The notes beneath the pieces are model-generated. The model was not told where the DNA came from and searched no databases. It was given only the letters and a program-made list of their open reading frames with translations. The position numbers were made by a program, and so were the translations under genes. DNA of 64,000 nt from contig CM119269.1 in the NCBI GenBank assembly GCA_051294375.1, positions 4,794,686 to 4,858,685 on the forward strand, written 5' to 3'. Shown here one piece after another: positions 17,528 through 29,564 of the stretch. This stretch comes from Paraspadella gotoi (lineage: Eukaryota > Animalia > Chaetognatha). The first letter of the stretch is position 1. Every line of letters begins with the position of its first letter.

Positions 17528-19064
17528 CTGACCGTAAGTGCTCTTTTCGGTCAAAGGCTGGAGGCTTGGGGGGGAGGAGAGGGGGGAGTGACCGGGGAGT
17601 GGTTAAAGAGTGCAAAGTGGTCAATGAAAAAAAAAGGGAAGGAAGGAAGCGAATCGAATTCCTTGATGTTGGATGATCAAAAGGGATCGTGCTAAGAACG
17701 GAGAGGGTAAAAAGGATTTACTGTTTAAGACCAAAACTAATTGTTATTTTTAATTTTAATTTCAATATTAATTTTAATTTTTTAGCCATGATTAATTTTT
17801 GATATTTACATCAAATGTACTTTTCGTCTAAACGGCCTGAAGTTGTCGGAAAAACATTAAAAAAAATCGTCTAAAAAACAATTACGTTCAATCATTCAGT
17901 AATTAATCGTTCAGTAATTAATTGACGAGAACGTGGGCGTTAAGTAAAAAAAGGTAAGGTCGTGCAGCCGCTTCCTCATCCCACTCAGGAGTTTTGCTCC
18001 TCCCACTTTCATTTTTTCTTTTTTTTCATACGCTGACTCTGTCTCCATCTTTTACTCTTCTTTCTTTTCTCTTTGATTCCTCCATTAATACAAACTTTTT
18101 TCCGATGATGACAGCCATCTCGTTTCTTTCTCTTTATCTCTCTCTCTATCTGTCATTCGATCTCTCTCTCTCTCTCTCTCACTCTCTTCGCGGCTGGAAA
18201 CCGGAAACGCCACGCCCACACGAGACGAGAGATGAGCACCGACGACGGAGAAAAAATTAAACATCGCGAAGAAGAAGAAGAAGAAGTAGAAGAAGAAGAA
18301 GAGGAAGAGGAAGAAGAGGAAGAAGAAGAAGAAGACAACAACGACAACGACGGAAGGAAACGCGCCTTATTCCGTAGCCGGCACCCAGAAAACCACGCGC
18401 ATAACAATAAAGAAAGAAAGCGGGCGNNNNNNNNNNNNNNNNNNNNNNNNNNNNNNNNNNNNNNNNNNNNNNNNNNNNNNNNNNNNNNNNNNNNNNNNNN
18501 NNNNNNNNNNNNNNNNNNNNNNNNNNNNNNNNNNNNNNNNNNNNNNNNNNNNNNNNNNNNNNNNNNNNNNNNNNNNNNNNNNNNNNNNNNNNNNNNNNNN
18601 NNNNNNNNNNNNNNNNNNNNNNNNNNNNNNNNNNNNNNNNNNNNNNNNNNNNNNNNNNNACTCTTCTATTCGTTACCCTCTCACCTTTATCTCCACTAGA
18701 ACATCTCAGAGCAACCACCAGACTTCTTTTTTTTCTCTGCATTCTCCAGCACTTTTTTTTATATAATTCTCTCTCTCTTTTATCTCATCTCTCTCTCCTC
18801 TCTCTCTCTTCCTTTCTCTCTCTCTCTCTCTCTCTCTTCTTCCTCCGTCTCTCTCTAAAGACGGAATTCCAATGCAGTGTGTGCCATAAATAAAAATACA
18901 ATATAAAGACGTGTGTTATATATAAATTTCCAAGTCATGTAGGTAAATACACGTGAAAATAAAATCACTGCGGCGCAACACATTGGATGAACCGATCTTG
19001 TTTTCTCTATTCCTCCCTTTATTTGATCTTCCTTTCATTTTTCATTTCTCCCCTCTTCCCTCAC

Positions 19065-19260
19065 CCTCGTGCGGTTCCCTCGGCTGCGGGCAGATGACTC
19101 TCGGATTGAAGAGCAGCTTGACGAGCATCTTGGCCTGAAGGTCCTCCGCCCCGAGCATGACCTTGAGGTAGATGGTTTCGAAGGGATGGTCGACGGTGAG
19201 AATTCCGCGCGGAAGCCCGAGGTGGAGCTTGCGACCGTGGGAGATCTGCTTCAGCCAAGC
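19065..19260 (-). CDS. Internal coding exon of an unidentified protein
   Basis: cccctcag|GCT...GAGG|GTGAGG; 196 nt, phase 0 to 1, stop-free with strong third-position G/C bias: AWLKQISHGRKLHLGLPRGILTVDHPFETIYLKVMLGAEDLQAKMLVKLLFNPRVICPQPREPHE. This frame is absent from the ORF track. Confidence 0.8.
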
Positions 19261-20580
19261 CTGAGGGGTTGGACGTGGGCGGGGAGAAGGTGGGGTGGAG
19301 GGGGTTTAAGGGGGGGGGTGAAAGAAGAGTTTGGGGAAAGTGGGCGAAATGGCGAATTTAATCAATTAAAACTTTTTTAAAAAATAGTTTACTATCTACA
19401 ATCATTGATAAAGATTGTCATTTAATAAACTCAACTTTGATAAAGTGTTGATTAAAAAGCTTGCTGTATATTTCTATGGAGTTATGTTTTAAAAGAGATG
19501 AATTCTTTAACCTAACATAACCTGTCCAAAGTCAGGAATGATTAATTTTTGTACCATTTTTTGTGAACAAACAACGATTTTTATTTTAAAAAAAAAACGT
19601 ACAAGTTTCGAATTTTATTTCACTCGCAAAACAAGAGTGGAAACTTGGGAAGTAGGGAAAGTAGGGAAACGACGTAGAAAGAGGAAAAAAGAGTAAATCG
19701 GGGGAAGGAGTGGGAGAGGCTGTCGGATCGTAGAGGGCGCTTCTTGTGGCTGACGAAAGCTGCCATTAAGGTCGCGCCACGGGGTCAATCTCTGCAGCGC
19801 CTTCTCTTTTGCCCTCATGAAGGTCGCGACGATATTTAAACACAACCGGCGATGGAGAATAACGACGACGACGACGCAGATAACGAAATTTGCCAAAGTT
19901 GTTTACTCTTTCAGTTTTTTTTTCTCTCTTTCTTTTTTAGTAAATGAGAGTGAAGGAAATATTAAGCGCCACAGACATCGCAAAAAAGACCGGGAGAGGA
20001 AAGTGAGATCCGAAAAATGTGAATCAAAATTATATGACAGAATTTCCCCGGTGAAGATTATTGACGAAGACGACGACGACAGCGACGACGCCAAAAACGA
20101 CGATGACGTCAAGTCATAGACGAAAATAACCAAAAAGTATTTCGTTGACAAAAGAATCATTTTTTTTTCTCTCCGGGACGAAAGATGGAGCTTCGTTTGT
20201 TTACACTTCACTCCAAGTTGTTTTTTAAACGAACGCACAAAACCATTCGTCTTCGTTCGCAGAGGAAAAAAACTGCAAATTTATGCACATCTGCAATTTC
20301 GTGTGCAACGTTTCGATAGTTAGAAATTGTATTTTTACAAATTGTGTGCTGCGTTTCGTGTTATATTCTGCATCTTATATTTTCGTCTCGATGACTAACG
20401 ATAAAAAAAACAGCAGCTTAAAAGTGTCGTGAGCATCGCAACTTTTTCCGTATCTTTCTTTTTTTTTAATTTTCTTTCTTTTTCTGTTTTTCTTTTCACT
20501 TCTAAGGACATCGATTTCTACTAAAAAAAACTTATCTTCTCTCTTCGATTATTTCTTTATAGTTTTTAAAATTTCCTAAA

Positions 20581-20735
20581 GACAAATGAGCAACCAACTT
20601 TAGCCGAGTTATGAGCATTTTTAACATAAGTGGACAGACGACCGAACACAGACAGAGCGACCGACACGACCGACAAGATCGGGACCGAAAAGTGACTTAG
20701 AGAGTTGTCCGCGAGTACTCGATGTTAAAGAAAAG
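20581..20735 (-). mobile_element. Helentron-associated (HINE/DINE-1-like) non-autonomous element copy
   Basis: On + reads CAAATGAGCAA..GCATTTTTAACATAAGTGGAC-(GACC/GACA)n-GAAAAGTGACTTAGAGAGTTGTCCGCGAGTACTCG; same blocks as the copies at 24205, 45405, 46580, 49690 and 50140. Confidence 0.65.
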
Positions 20736-21229
20736 GGTTGGCCGAGGTAAGATACGACCGCAGATTCTAAGAAACGGATATTAAAGAAAATACAGAGAGA
20801 TTAGAGAAACTTTAAGGGAAGCATTAAGAAGGACATTCAATAGGGCCCAAAAAATAAAAGTACACACAGGGAGAGAATAAAAGCGAGACTCATTAAAACG
20901 GATGTACCGAATCGTCCTGTACTAGAATGAAAACGGTAATCGCTTTATTTATCGCCGCGCCGTCGCGGGAGCAACAAAAGGACGTCTATCAAAAAAAAGA
21001 ATTGCCGATTAAACAGTTGAGTGTTCATGTTACTAACAAAACAGATGTTCATGGCAAAGCATGAGGAGATATTTGCGTTTATTTCCTCATCTTTCGTTTT
21101 TGTTGCCTCAGAAGGCGCGGGGGCGGGGGGTGACGGTAGTAAGAATAGTATGGCGAATGGTAAGATTCATGTTTATTTGTTTCAGGAGTCAGGTGATGGC
21201 AGAAGATTTAGGTAGTTAATAGGTTTGAT

Positions 21230-21700
21230 TTTGGTCTTTTCATGCCAATAATATAAAAGGGAAAGACTAAATTATTTCTGGAAGTAACATAATATTTATA
21301 TTTAAATAAGCACTGATCTTCAGAGCTTCTGTCTCCCTCAAAGGTGCCATAACAAATTTAACACCATAACTTTACAAACAGTTTAGTTTATCGGGTAAGG
21401 TTTTACTCTTCCATTTTGCTGAAAATTCATTCTCTCACTCTGGCCATTTCTTTCTTCTCTGCCTTTGAATTCTATAGGCTTGATGATGACCTGTAAACCA
21501 AATTGTCTTTGTCTTTTATTTTCAAGCTGTTTTTATGGGTTTATGGGTTCTTTATGGGTTTTAGGGGTTTATGGCCAAGTAAATAGTTCAGTAAAGAGAA
21601 TTATCTTTAAGTTCATTTTTGAGGTATGCTGCCAATCACCAGTTAATTGCCCTTATCTAAATATTTACAAAATTATTCTGGGCCATTCTAAAAGAACAAC
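21230..21700 (-). mobile_element. Probable inverted upstream portion of the Penelope-like RT
   Basis: Minus strand gives LDKGN (21646-21660), LKDNSLY..NP (about 21611-21565) and APLRG (21348-21332). This order resembles the DKG...LxDxxxY...PLRP region that precedes the PLE RT core. Heavily degraded. Confidence 0.4.
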
Positions 21701-22500
21701 CCCGTAGTCATCAATCAAAGTAGTGAAATATTAAATGATAATTAAAAACAATTCTACGAGAAAATCACAAAATGGATATCCCTGATGTAATTGCTCTGTA
21801 CCCATCAGTTCTATAGCAAAATGTGGCTATTAATGTGTGATATCTTAACAATGTTTGAATAACTTAAATCACCCCCTTTAGGTTGTACCAGAAATTATAA
21901 GATTTTTTTGAATACATCTTTAAACATGCTAACTATTTTGGTTTTTCACAATTTACATTATACCGTTTGGTTAAGTATGGGTCTATTGGTAATCCTTTAA
22001 CTTGTGGTTCTGAATGTTTTTTACTAAAATCTTGAAAATAGGCATTAAGCCTGGAATTTATCATTAGCAATTTTAATATGATTAATTTTACTTTTTGGCG
22101 CTATTTATGTGGATGATATTTTAAATAATATTTGCCACCAAGTTTTGATATTCGAGCTTTTACTGATCTACATTAATTGCTTTTTGACCAAGAAGTTTCA
22201 GTTTACTTTTGAATCACAAACTAACAAATGAATTTTTTCCTGGATTATAAGAATTTTAAATAAAGAATGGAAGCATTGAAACTAGTGTATTTAGAAAGAA
22301 AACGCACACAGAATTTATATATTACCTAATTTCTCTTCCTTTTTGTGATTTATTCAAATCTAAGAAATCTTATTATTGAAACCAAAGTATAGAAGAGCCT
22401 ATTGAAAAGATATGTTCTACTGAACAGTTGTTTTTAAAGGTATGAATTTGACTTTAATAGAATCTGTTTCTTGTTGCAAATTGGTATGGGCCACGAGAAA
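21700..22500 (+). mobile_element. Degenerate Penelope-like element (PLE) reverse transcriptase fragment
   Basis: Ordered motifs across frameshifts: DVIALYPSV (21784), G.SMG (about 21969-21982), FWRY/YVDDI (22093-22120), FTFE....FLD (22202-22246), TSVFRKKTHT (22281), RA...ICS (about 22393-22418). Confidence 0.85.
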
Positions 22501-23216
22501 AGCAAAAGATAGTAATTATTTAAAAACTGAAGCAAGGTCGAAGAAGAGGAACTTTACAAAAAACTAGAAATGCCTTATCTATATTTGATGAAATCAAAGG
22601 AATACAACATAATGAGACAGTAGGAGAGATAGACAAATGGTGTAAACTACAACAAATAGGAGCATATTACATGACAAGCTTACAAAATTTTATATCTTAA
22701 AATCGCGACACTTAGATGTTTGATAATTTCTTAGTTAAATTCTTATTTATAGTATATATACACAGATATTGTATAGATACAGTGTAATTTCAGTGTAAAT
22801 TTATTACTCATTAACGACTGTACTAGAAATAGTGTAATTGTTATCTAAATTTATAAAATTAAACAACTATAATATCTAATATTCAACAATACTTTACTTA
22901 ACAATTTAGAATTAGGATACTCCTATCGCGTTTCGCACAAACATAAATATAATAATCTACATTTACTACTGTGATGATGTTAACCAAATGCTCTCAGGAA
23001 TTTCTTCCAATAACTTTCTAATATGTTTATATGCATTGAATCTGCTCTCTTAAAATGTATATAGGATAAAATATGTAATATATATGAGAATGCTTTCTCT
23101 CATTTAACTCTNNNNNNNNNNNNNNNNNNNNNNNNNTAGAACTTTCTTCGCAATTCCCAACAAAAACAGGTCCTTGCTCTTTGCTCCTTTTTCATGCTCC
23201 TGTCCTTTCCCACCTT

Positions 23217-23387
23217 CCCATTTCCACTTCCTCCTTTCCCCTTCCTCTCTCCCATTTCCACTTCCTATTTTCCCCTTCCCCTCTCCCATTTCCACTTCCT
23301 CCTTTCCCCTTCCTCTCTCTTATTTCCACTTCCTCCTTTCCCATTCCCCTCTCCCTTTTCCACTTTCCTCTTTTTCCCTTCCCCTCT
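23217..23387. repeat. 34-bp pyrimidine-rich minisatellite, ~5 copies
   Basis: Unit CCCATTTCCACTTCCTCCTTTCCCCTTCCTCTCT at 23217, 23251, 23285, 23319 and 23353. Confidence 0.9.
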
Positions 23388-23445
23388 CCGCTTTCATCTT
23401 CCCTCTTTCCTCTTCCCCTTCCTCGATCCTCCGATTAAAACTCAC

Positions 23446-23610
23446 CAATCCCTCAGCTTCCGTAGCATCGCAACTGCGACCACGGTCGCTCGATGCGAGA
23501 AAAAAAATCAAAGCCAACGCCACGTCCGACTCGAAACCACCAACTGGAAACCACCAACGAAAGCCACTCCGATCCACTCTCATTACCAAAACGAGATTTC
23601 CGCGAGAAAG
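23446..23610 (-). other. Candidate exon (possibly a first exon) ending at a consensus donor
   Basis: TTG|GTGAGT at 23446/23445 closes a GC-rich island; reading frame ambiguous. Confidence 0.35.
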
Positions 23611-24204
23611 TGAGCAAATTTCTCTTCACCCTCTTTGAAAAGTTGCCACCCTAACGCTCTTCGCCACCCCGCATCGCCACCCCAAAATCCCGATCCCACT
23701 TACACTCCACCCAGACGTTAAAGCGAGGAAAAGATAAGACGGACCGCGTTTCAGTTTTCAACGTCATTTGAAATTCCATATGAAAACCAAAGGGAAAAAA
23801 AAAGAATAAAGCGGAATAATAATAGAAAGAAGGAAACTGAAGAATGGAAAGTAGAAAGAAAAAAAGAATAAAAAAAATAAAGAAAAAGAAAAGAAGAAAA
23901 GTATCGCGTTGAATCCATTTCTCACCCTTTCCATTTTAGAGGCAGAGTCTCCTCTCCCTTTCTCCTTTCATCTCTAAACCCTCACAGTTGTATCATTCGC
24001 CTCACAGTGACTTTTTCTTTCCACTTTTTTCCCACACACGATCTCTCATAATAAGTTTTCGGGCCTTGTTCAAATATTTTCAATTTAAGCATCTACGTTA
24101 TCACGTTTCTTTTTAACAGGCTATCATCGTATCTTCGGTTACGAATCCTCACTCACCTAAAAAAAAGTCACATTGAAAAAGCAAAGTCAGTCATTTTACG
24201 TTTC

Positions 24205-24300
24205 CTCTTTTTAGTTGCGCCGCGAGTACTCGAATCCGTCGATCTGTCCCACTTACGTTAAAAACGCTTATAACTTGCCTATATTTTGTTGCTCATTTGT
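24205..24300 (+). mobile_element. Internally deleted HINE/DINE-1-like copy
   Basis: TTTTTAGTTGCGCCGCGAGTACTCG..GTCCCACTTACGTTAAAAACGCTTATAACT..TTGCTCATTTGT. Confidence 0.6.
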
Positions 24301-25559
24301 TAATAATCAAATCTAAACGACTACTGGCGCCGCCTTTCGTTATTAAAGAAATCTCATAAACTATAAGGAATAAATGACATGGTAAGTAAAAAGAAAAGTA
24401 ATGCGGCGAATAACCGTTCCTTGTTTTTCAAGTTCTTCCTTCGAAAATCTGATCAGTGTAAATCCATTTAGCAACTTTACAGAATACAAACCCAGACATT
24501 TCCTTCTCTCCCTATAAACTGAAATCTCCCTTCGCCATACTATTCTTCTACCGTCAGAGAGTATGAAAGGAAGAAGAGACCCGCGATAGAAAATGTGGGA
24601 GAAGAGGAAAGGAAAGAAAAGAGAACGAGAGGAAAGATAAAAAGTAAAAGAAAGAAAGGAAAGTGAAATGGAAAGACAAAAAAGTTGGAGTAGACGATCA
24701 AGAGAAAAAGACCCCAAAAATAAGTTACAGTAAAAAAGAAAGTATAGAGAAAAGAGATTAAGGAAAAAGGCGCGAGGTCGACGAAAAAAGAAATAGGGAA
24801 CTACGGCGGGGATGTCGATCACGACCCCAAGAAACGGAAAAAAAGGTAGGGAAAGAGAGAAAAAGGAGATCCCGTAAGTTTTTTTTAATATCAACGCAAA
24901 ATAAAGTTGCTTCAAACGAGACGAAAAGATTCGTGAAACTCGGAAAAAATCCAGGAATTGTGGACCGAGGAATAAAAACAACTCCCCACGCATTGCACTA
25001 AAAGAATTAGGGAGACGGGTTCTACAATTCTCTCATTTAGTTCGCCTCTTCTCTCCCTCTCTCTTACTCTCTTCTCTCTCTCTCTCTCCTCTCCTCCTTC
25101 TGTCTCTCATCCTCTTCACATCGTCTCGGGTCTCTCTCTCTCCCTCTTTCTCTCCGACGATGGTGTAATCCCACCAGGAAGGAAGGAAGAACACAAAAAA
25201 ACACGCGAAAAAAGGCCTGTTATTTTTACAAAATGATTAGTGATGCTTCGCCGAACGTCGTCCGTCGTCGTCGTCCGTCATCGTCTCATCGCTCCCCCGT
25301 CCTTTACGTCATAGAAGACCCAAGGTCGATGAGATGCTAATAGAAGAGGTTGGGTCTAATACTTCACGTGGCGGTAATCTGAACGGGAAACAGAGGGCCG
25401 GAAGGACAAGTTTGAAAGAAAGAGGGAGAGAAAAAGATCGCGCGAGACCAGAATGGGAGGATATGACAATGAGGAGGGAGAGGCACAAAAAAAGAAGAGA
25501 GACGAGATGGAAAGAAAGAGAGACGATAAATTAATGAAACTCCCTCGTGAAAAAAGAAA

Positions 25560-25916
25560 ATCGAATATTGTGATACCCCAGTGATGAATACGAGAGAGCG
25601 TTTGTGATTAAACGCCTCGTGACCCGGATGCGTACTATGACCACAGTCTAGAAGAGTGAGGTCAAAAAAAAAAAGCTTAGGCAAGAGCTTAGAACGGGTA
25701 AGGTCGTGAGGCCGACGTTGAGGACCGGCCGGAGTTGGGTGAGGCAGCAGCGATGAGTGAGACCCGTGATGGACTGAGAACGGTCGAGGGAGGAGGAAGC
25801 GAAAGGTAAGTCGGGATTGGGTGAGGGAGCGAAAGGGAGAATCTTTCTGGGTCAAAAGGTCAACTCCGAATCCAGACTCAAATTGTCCGCTCCTTTTTAT
25901 GGCCTCCCACTTCGAA
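25560..25916 (-). CDS. LRR-like exon, copy 1 (noisy duplicate of 40545-40868)
   Basis: acag| at 25917; phase-2 frame SKWEAIKRSGQFESGFGVDLLTQKDSPFRSLTQSRLTFRFL...LPKLFFFDLTLL...HEAFNH with LxxLxL-type spacing. Confidence 0.4.
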
Positions 25917-26332
25917 CTGTTTTTTTTTTTTAAATGACGCAAATGACACAAAATAAAAAAGTTTTCAAAAAAAGAATTTGAGAAAGAATAAAAAAGGCGC
26001 ATTAAAAAAAATTAAAAATCAAGTAACCCTTAAATACTTAGAATTAAAATATGCAAATAAAAAACTACTTTTTTCCTAAATAGGTGTATAAAAAAAATGA
26101 CACCCAAACAAAATACGATTACAGAACATAAAACGATGCCGAAGCAAGAAAGAAGAGAAAAGATGAAGAAAAAACGATGTGAGATATTGTTCGGGGCAAG
26201 GATCATTTGTGGGCCTTGCCTCCCCCAGGGCCTCGCTACGGCCCCTTTTCATCACTTTAAAAACTTCTCTCTCTCTCTCTCTCTCTACTCTCTCTCTCTC
26301 TCTTACTCTCTCTCTCTCTCTCTCTCTTCTCT

Positions 26333-26363
<31 letters not shown>

Positions 26364-26505
26364 AACTGCCTCGTTCTTGCGCTTAATTTTTTGCCATCCT
26401 TCCCCTTTTTATAAGATTTCAGCGTTTTTTCTTTTTATATTTTGCTCTTTTTTTCGACAACCCTATTTGCTCTCTTTCTTCCCTTCTCTATTTCCCCTCC
26501 TTCCT

Positions 26506-26570
<65 letters not shown>

Positions 26571-26605
26571 TCCTCTCTCCTGTCTTCTGTCTTCTCTCTG
26601 CTCTC

Positions 26606-26658
<53 letters not shown>

Positions 26659-27262
26659 CTCTCCTACTCTCTCTCTCTGCTACCAAAGAAAAAGACTCAA
26701 TGGAAAGACAGATTTCCACTTCATTTCTCATTTAGAAGCCTCGCCCATTTTTGTTTTGATGTTGAATTGCAGACACCCCCATCCGTTTACCAACGCCACA
26801 AGTAAAAAGGCGTTTTATAGTCAGTAACGCCTTCAGTTAGTATAAATTTGAAGACGTAAAAACGCCATCTTTAAATAAATATACTGGTTCGTTATTGTTG
26901 CTTCCCATTTCCCATTCTTTCTTCCTTCAGGGACTCACTCCTTTCTTAAACCACGTAACAAAAAGGAATCAATGGAGAGACAGAAAGGACAGACAGTTGG
27001 CGTCGTCATCCCTTCCTCATTAAACCCCGCCAATTCATTGCTTTGAAATACAAGTTGATTGCCAGGCCCTTGTCTTTCGTTTTTTTTATTTCCTCCGCGT
27101 CTTTAATTCCATCTCGTTAATTGGGATTGCCAACCCTTTATTGGTTTTTTTTTTAAACCACAAGGGTTAGTTTTTATGGGTGCTCTCTGTTTCTTCTGTA
27201 GCTTCTTTTTATTCCCTTTTTTTCTTTATCTCTCTACTCTCTCTCTCTCTCTCTCTCTCCTC

Positions 27263-27305
<43 letters not shown>

Positions 27306-28178
27306 CCTCATTCTCTCCCCCTACCATTCATTTTTCTCCCCCTCTATATTTCAGATTCATTTTTCACGCCGGGTCTGGCGGCGCGCGGGGACGGCGGCGG
27401 CGGAGAAGCGCGCGCTTTTTTCCGAAATGGCGCTCTCAATACATCAAGCAACCCTGAAAGGCCCGTCATCGTCTCCTACTCTTCGCCTAAGACTTTTCTC
27501 CTTGAATTTTTTCTTTTTCTTTTTCTCTCTTCGCTTGACTCGTTCTCCCATGACGCTCATCCCGTCTCCCTTAACTCATGGCATTTTATATTAGTCCGTC
27601 AATAGGACCACCAGTCTTACATGTATTAACATTTTCCAACATTGCTGCATTGTTTTCTCCCCAAACTCCAACAACATAAAAGAATCCTAAAGATAGCTCT
27701 ACTCATTTTTAAAAGGCTGAATTTCACGAACGATTCAGAAAATTTCCTCAATTTCTGTAACGGATGAGCAATCGCGTCGCAAGCAGCCACACTCACAACG
27801 AACTTAAAAACTTTCCAACCGGTCCATGTCACAGTTGTTGGTACTTGGTTGGTACAACGTTTCCTCAGTAAACTGGCGAACCCCAAGACCTACGTCCAAA
27901 CGCCTTCTACCTGAAACCTTTCGAACCGCAAGCCCTGATCCCCACAATCCCAACTAAAGACCAATATCTCTCGTTTCCATCTACGTTACAGTTCTATATA
28001 CCCACGGCCGCAGCATCATTAACGCTTGTCCGTTCTATCGCTCACCCATCTCGTTTTGATCCCGGCTCGATATATCACAAAATTATACTCCCAGTTCACT
28101 CTGATGCTCGCCCTCTCGCTACGGGACTTCAATACCGTAACTTAAATATCGTGTCTTAACATTTATAGTGTATAACAT

Positions 28179-28790
28179 ATCCCCCGATCTAAATTACTTA
28201 AGGTGATGGTCTTTTCATACAATTGAAACATTCTTTGAAATATTATACCAATTCATTGATAGGGAAGCCCAGGTTCACTGGATAGTGAAAAAATGAGACT
28301 GTGAAAGGTCTTGATGAAAGCTTGCAGAACACTGCTATGTTATTTATCTGTCAATGTGATGGAGCCTTAAACCACCAAAGCCTGTCCAAAGTCAGGGACA
28401 AATAGCTTATTTAAAATGAAGGGATAATTTTATATGGTTGTACCCAATTTCATTAAAATTCAGGCTCCTTGTATTTTGATGCTTAGTGCGGCAGTACCAA
28501 TATTAGTATTCCCCGGATCTAATACTTTAAGGGAGTGGTCTTTTCATACAATTGAAACATTCTTGAATAATATTATACCACTTCACTGATAGAAGCCAGG
28601 TTCATGGGAGTAATAAATGAGACTGTGAAAAGAAGTTCTTGATTGAAAGCTTGCAGAAACCTGCTATGTTATTAATCTTGTAAGTGTGATGGAGGGCCTT
28701 AACCCAACAAAGCCTGTCCCAAAGTCAGGGACAAGATAGCTTATTTATTAAAATGAATGTGATAATTTTTAATTGGTTGTACCAATTTTC
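28179..28790. repeat. Tandem dimer of a ~330-bp unit, present here but absent from the paralogous site at ~38000
   Basis: 28179-28453 ~ 28508-28790; empty site TATAACAT|ACTATTT at 37993-38007. Fragments of the unit also occur at 19455-19540 (CCTGTCCAAAGTCAGG) and 53705-53735. Confidence 0.85.
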
Positions 28791-28998
28791 ATACTATTTT
28801 ATAATGAACGTTATTGTCTTTAAATGGTACTTAAAGAGTTCCAGGTAAAAATAAAATTATTTTTTGCCAGATATGGATAGGCTATGAATAACATTTTATA
28901 ACTACTTTAGTACTCACTTTACCTGAAAAAACCTTCAATTCCTTCACAATCTTCAACTTACCTCTCGCTCCACCTCTCACCCTTCGCCCCTTACTCAC

Positions 28999-29110
28999 CT
29001 CATCCCCAAACTCGGGCTCTGCAACAAAAGCTAAGCGCGTTTAGCAGAGACAAGAAGGAGCAACCATTAAATCCGGAACAGTGAACTCGAGCCCGGTGGG
29101 GAAAACAGTC
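28999..29110 (-). CDS. Candidate exon 3' part (cleaner copy at 38198-38297)
   Basis: Donor GAG|GTGAGT here and GAG|GTAAGG in the copy, which reads LEFTVSGFNGCSLVSAKRRLSFLLQSPSWDEDE without stops. Confidence 0.45.
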
Positions 29111-29134
29111 GAGTTATTAAAAACTTGGCCAACA

Positions 29135-29178
<44 letters not shown>

Positions 29179-29498
29179 AGAGAGAGAGAGAGAGAGAAGA
29201 GACGAGAGAGAGAATCTTTCTTTTTGCAGTCTAAAAGTTTCGACACCAGAAATATTCGCCCTTTTGACAAAGAGTAACGATATTTTAAGCATGTAAAAAA
29301 AACGTTTTAATATGTTAACAAAATACTGTTACCTGAAAGCAGGTTTAGCATAGTAACCGTTTCTTTGACGAACATCAATGACTTTTGCAACTAAAACGAA
29401 AAAAGCTAAAAAATTTTTAAAACAGAAACAGAAAAGAAAAGACTTTTTCATTCTGTGTCTTTCTTCTCTCTCTCTCTCCATCTCCCTCTCTCTTTCTC

Positions 29499-29564
<66 letters not shown>

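Noticed and set aside
25830-25860. FDPERF, resembling the cytochrome P450 PERF motif, on the minus strand
   Set aside because: No ExxR before it or FxxGxRxCxG after it; a different frame fits the splice phase.
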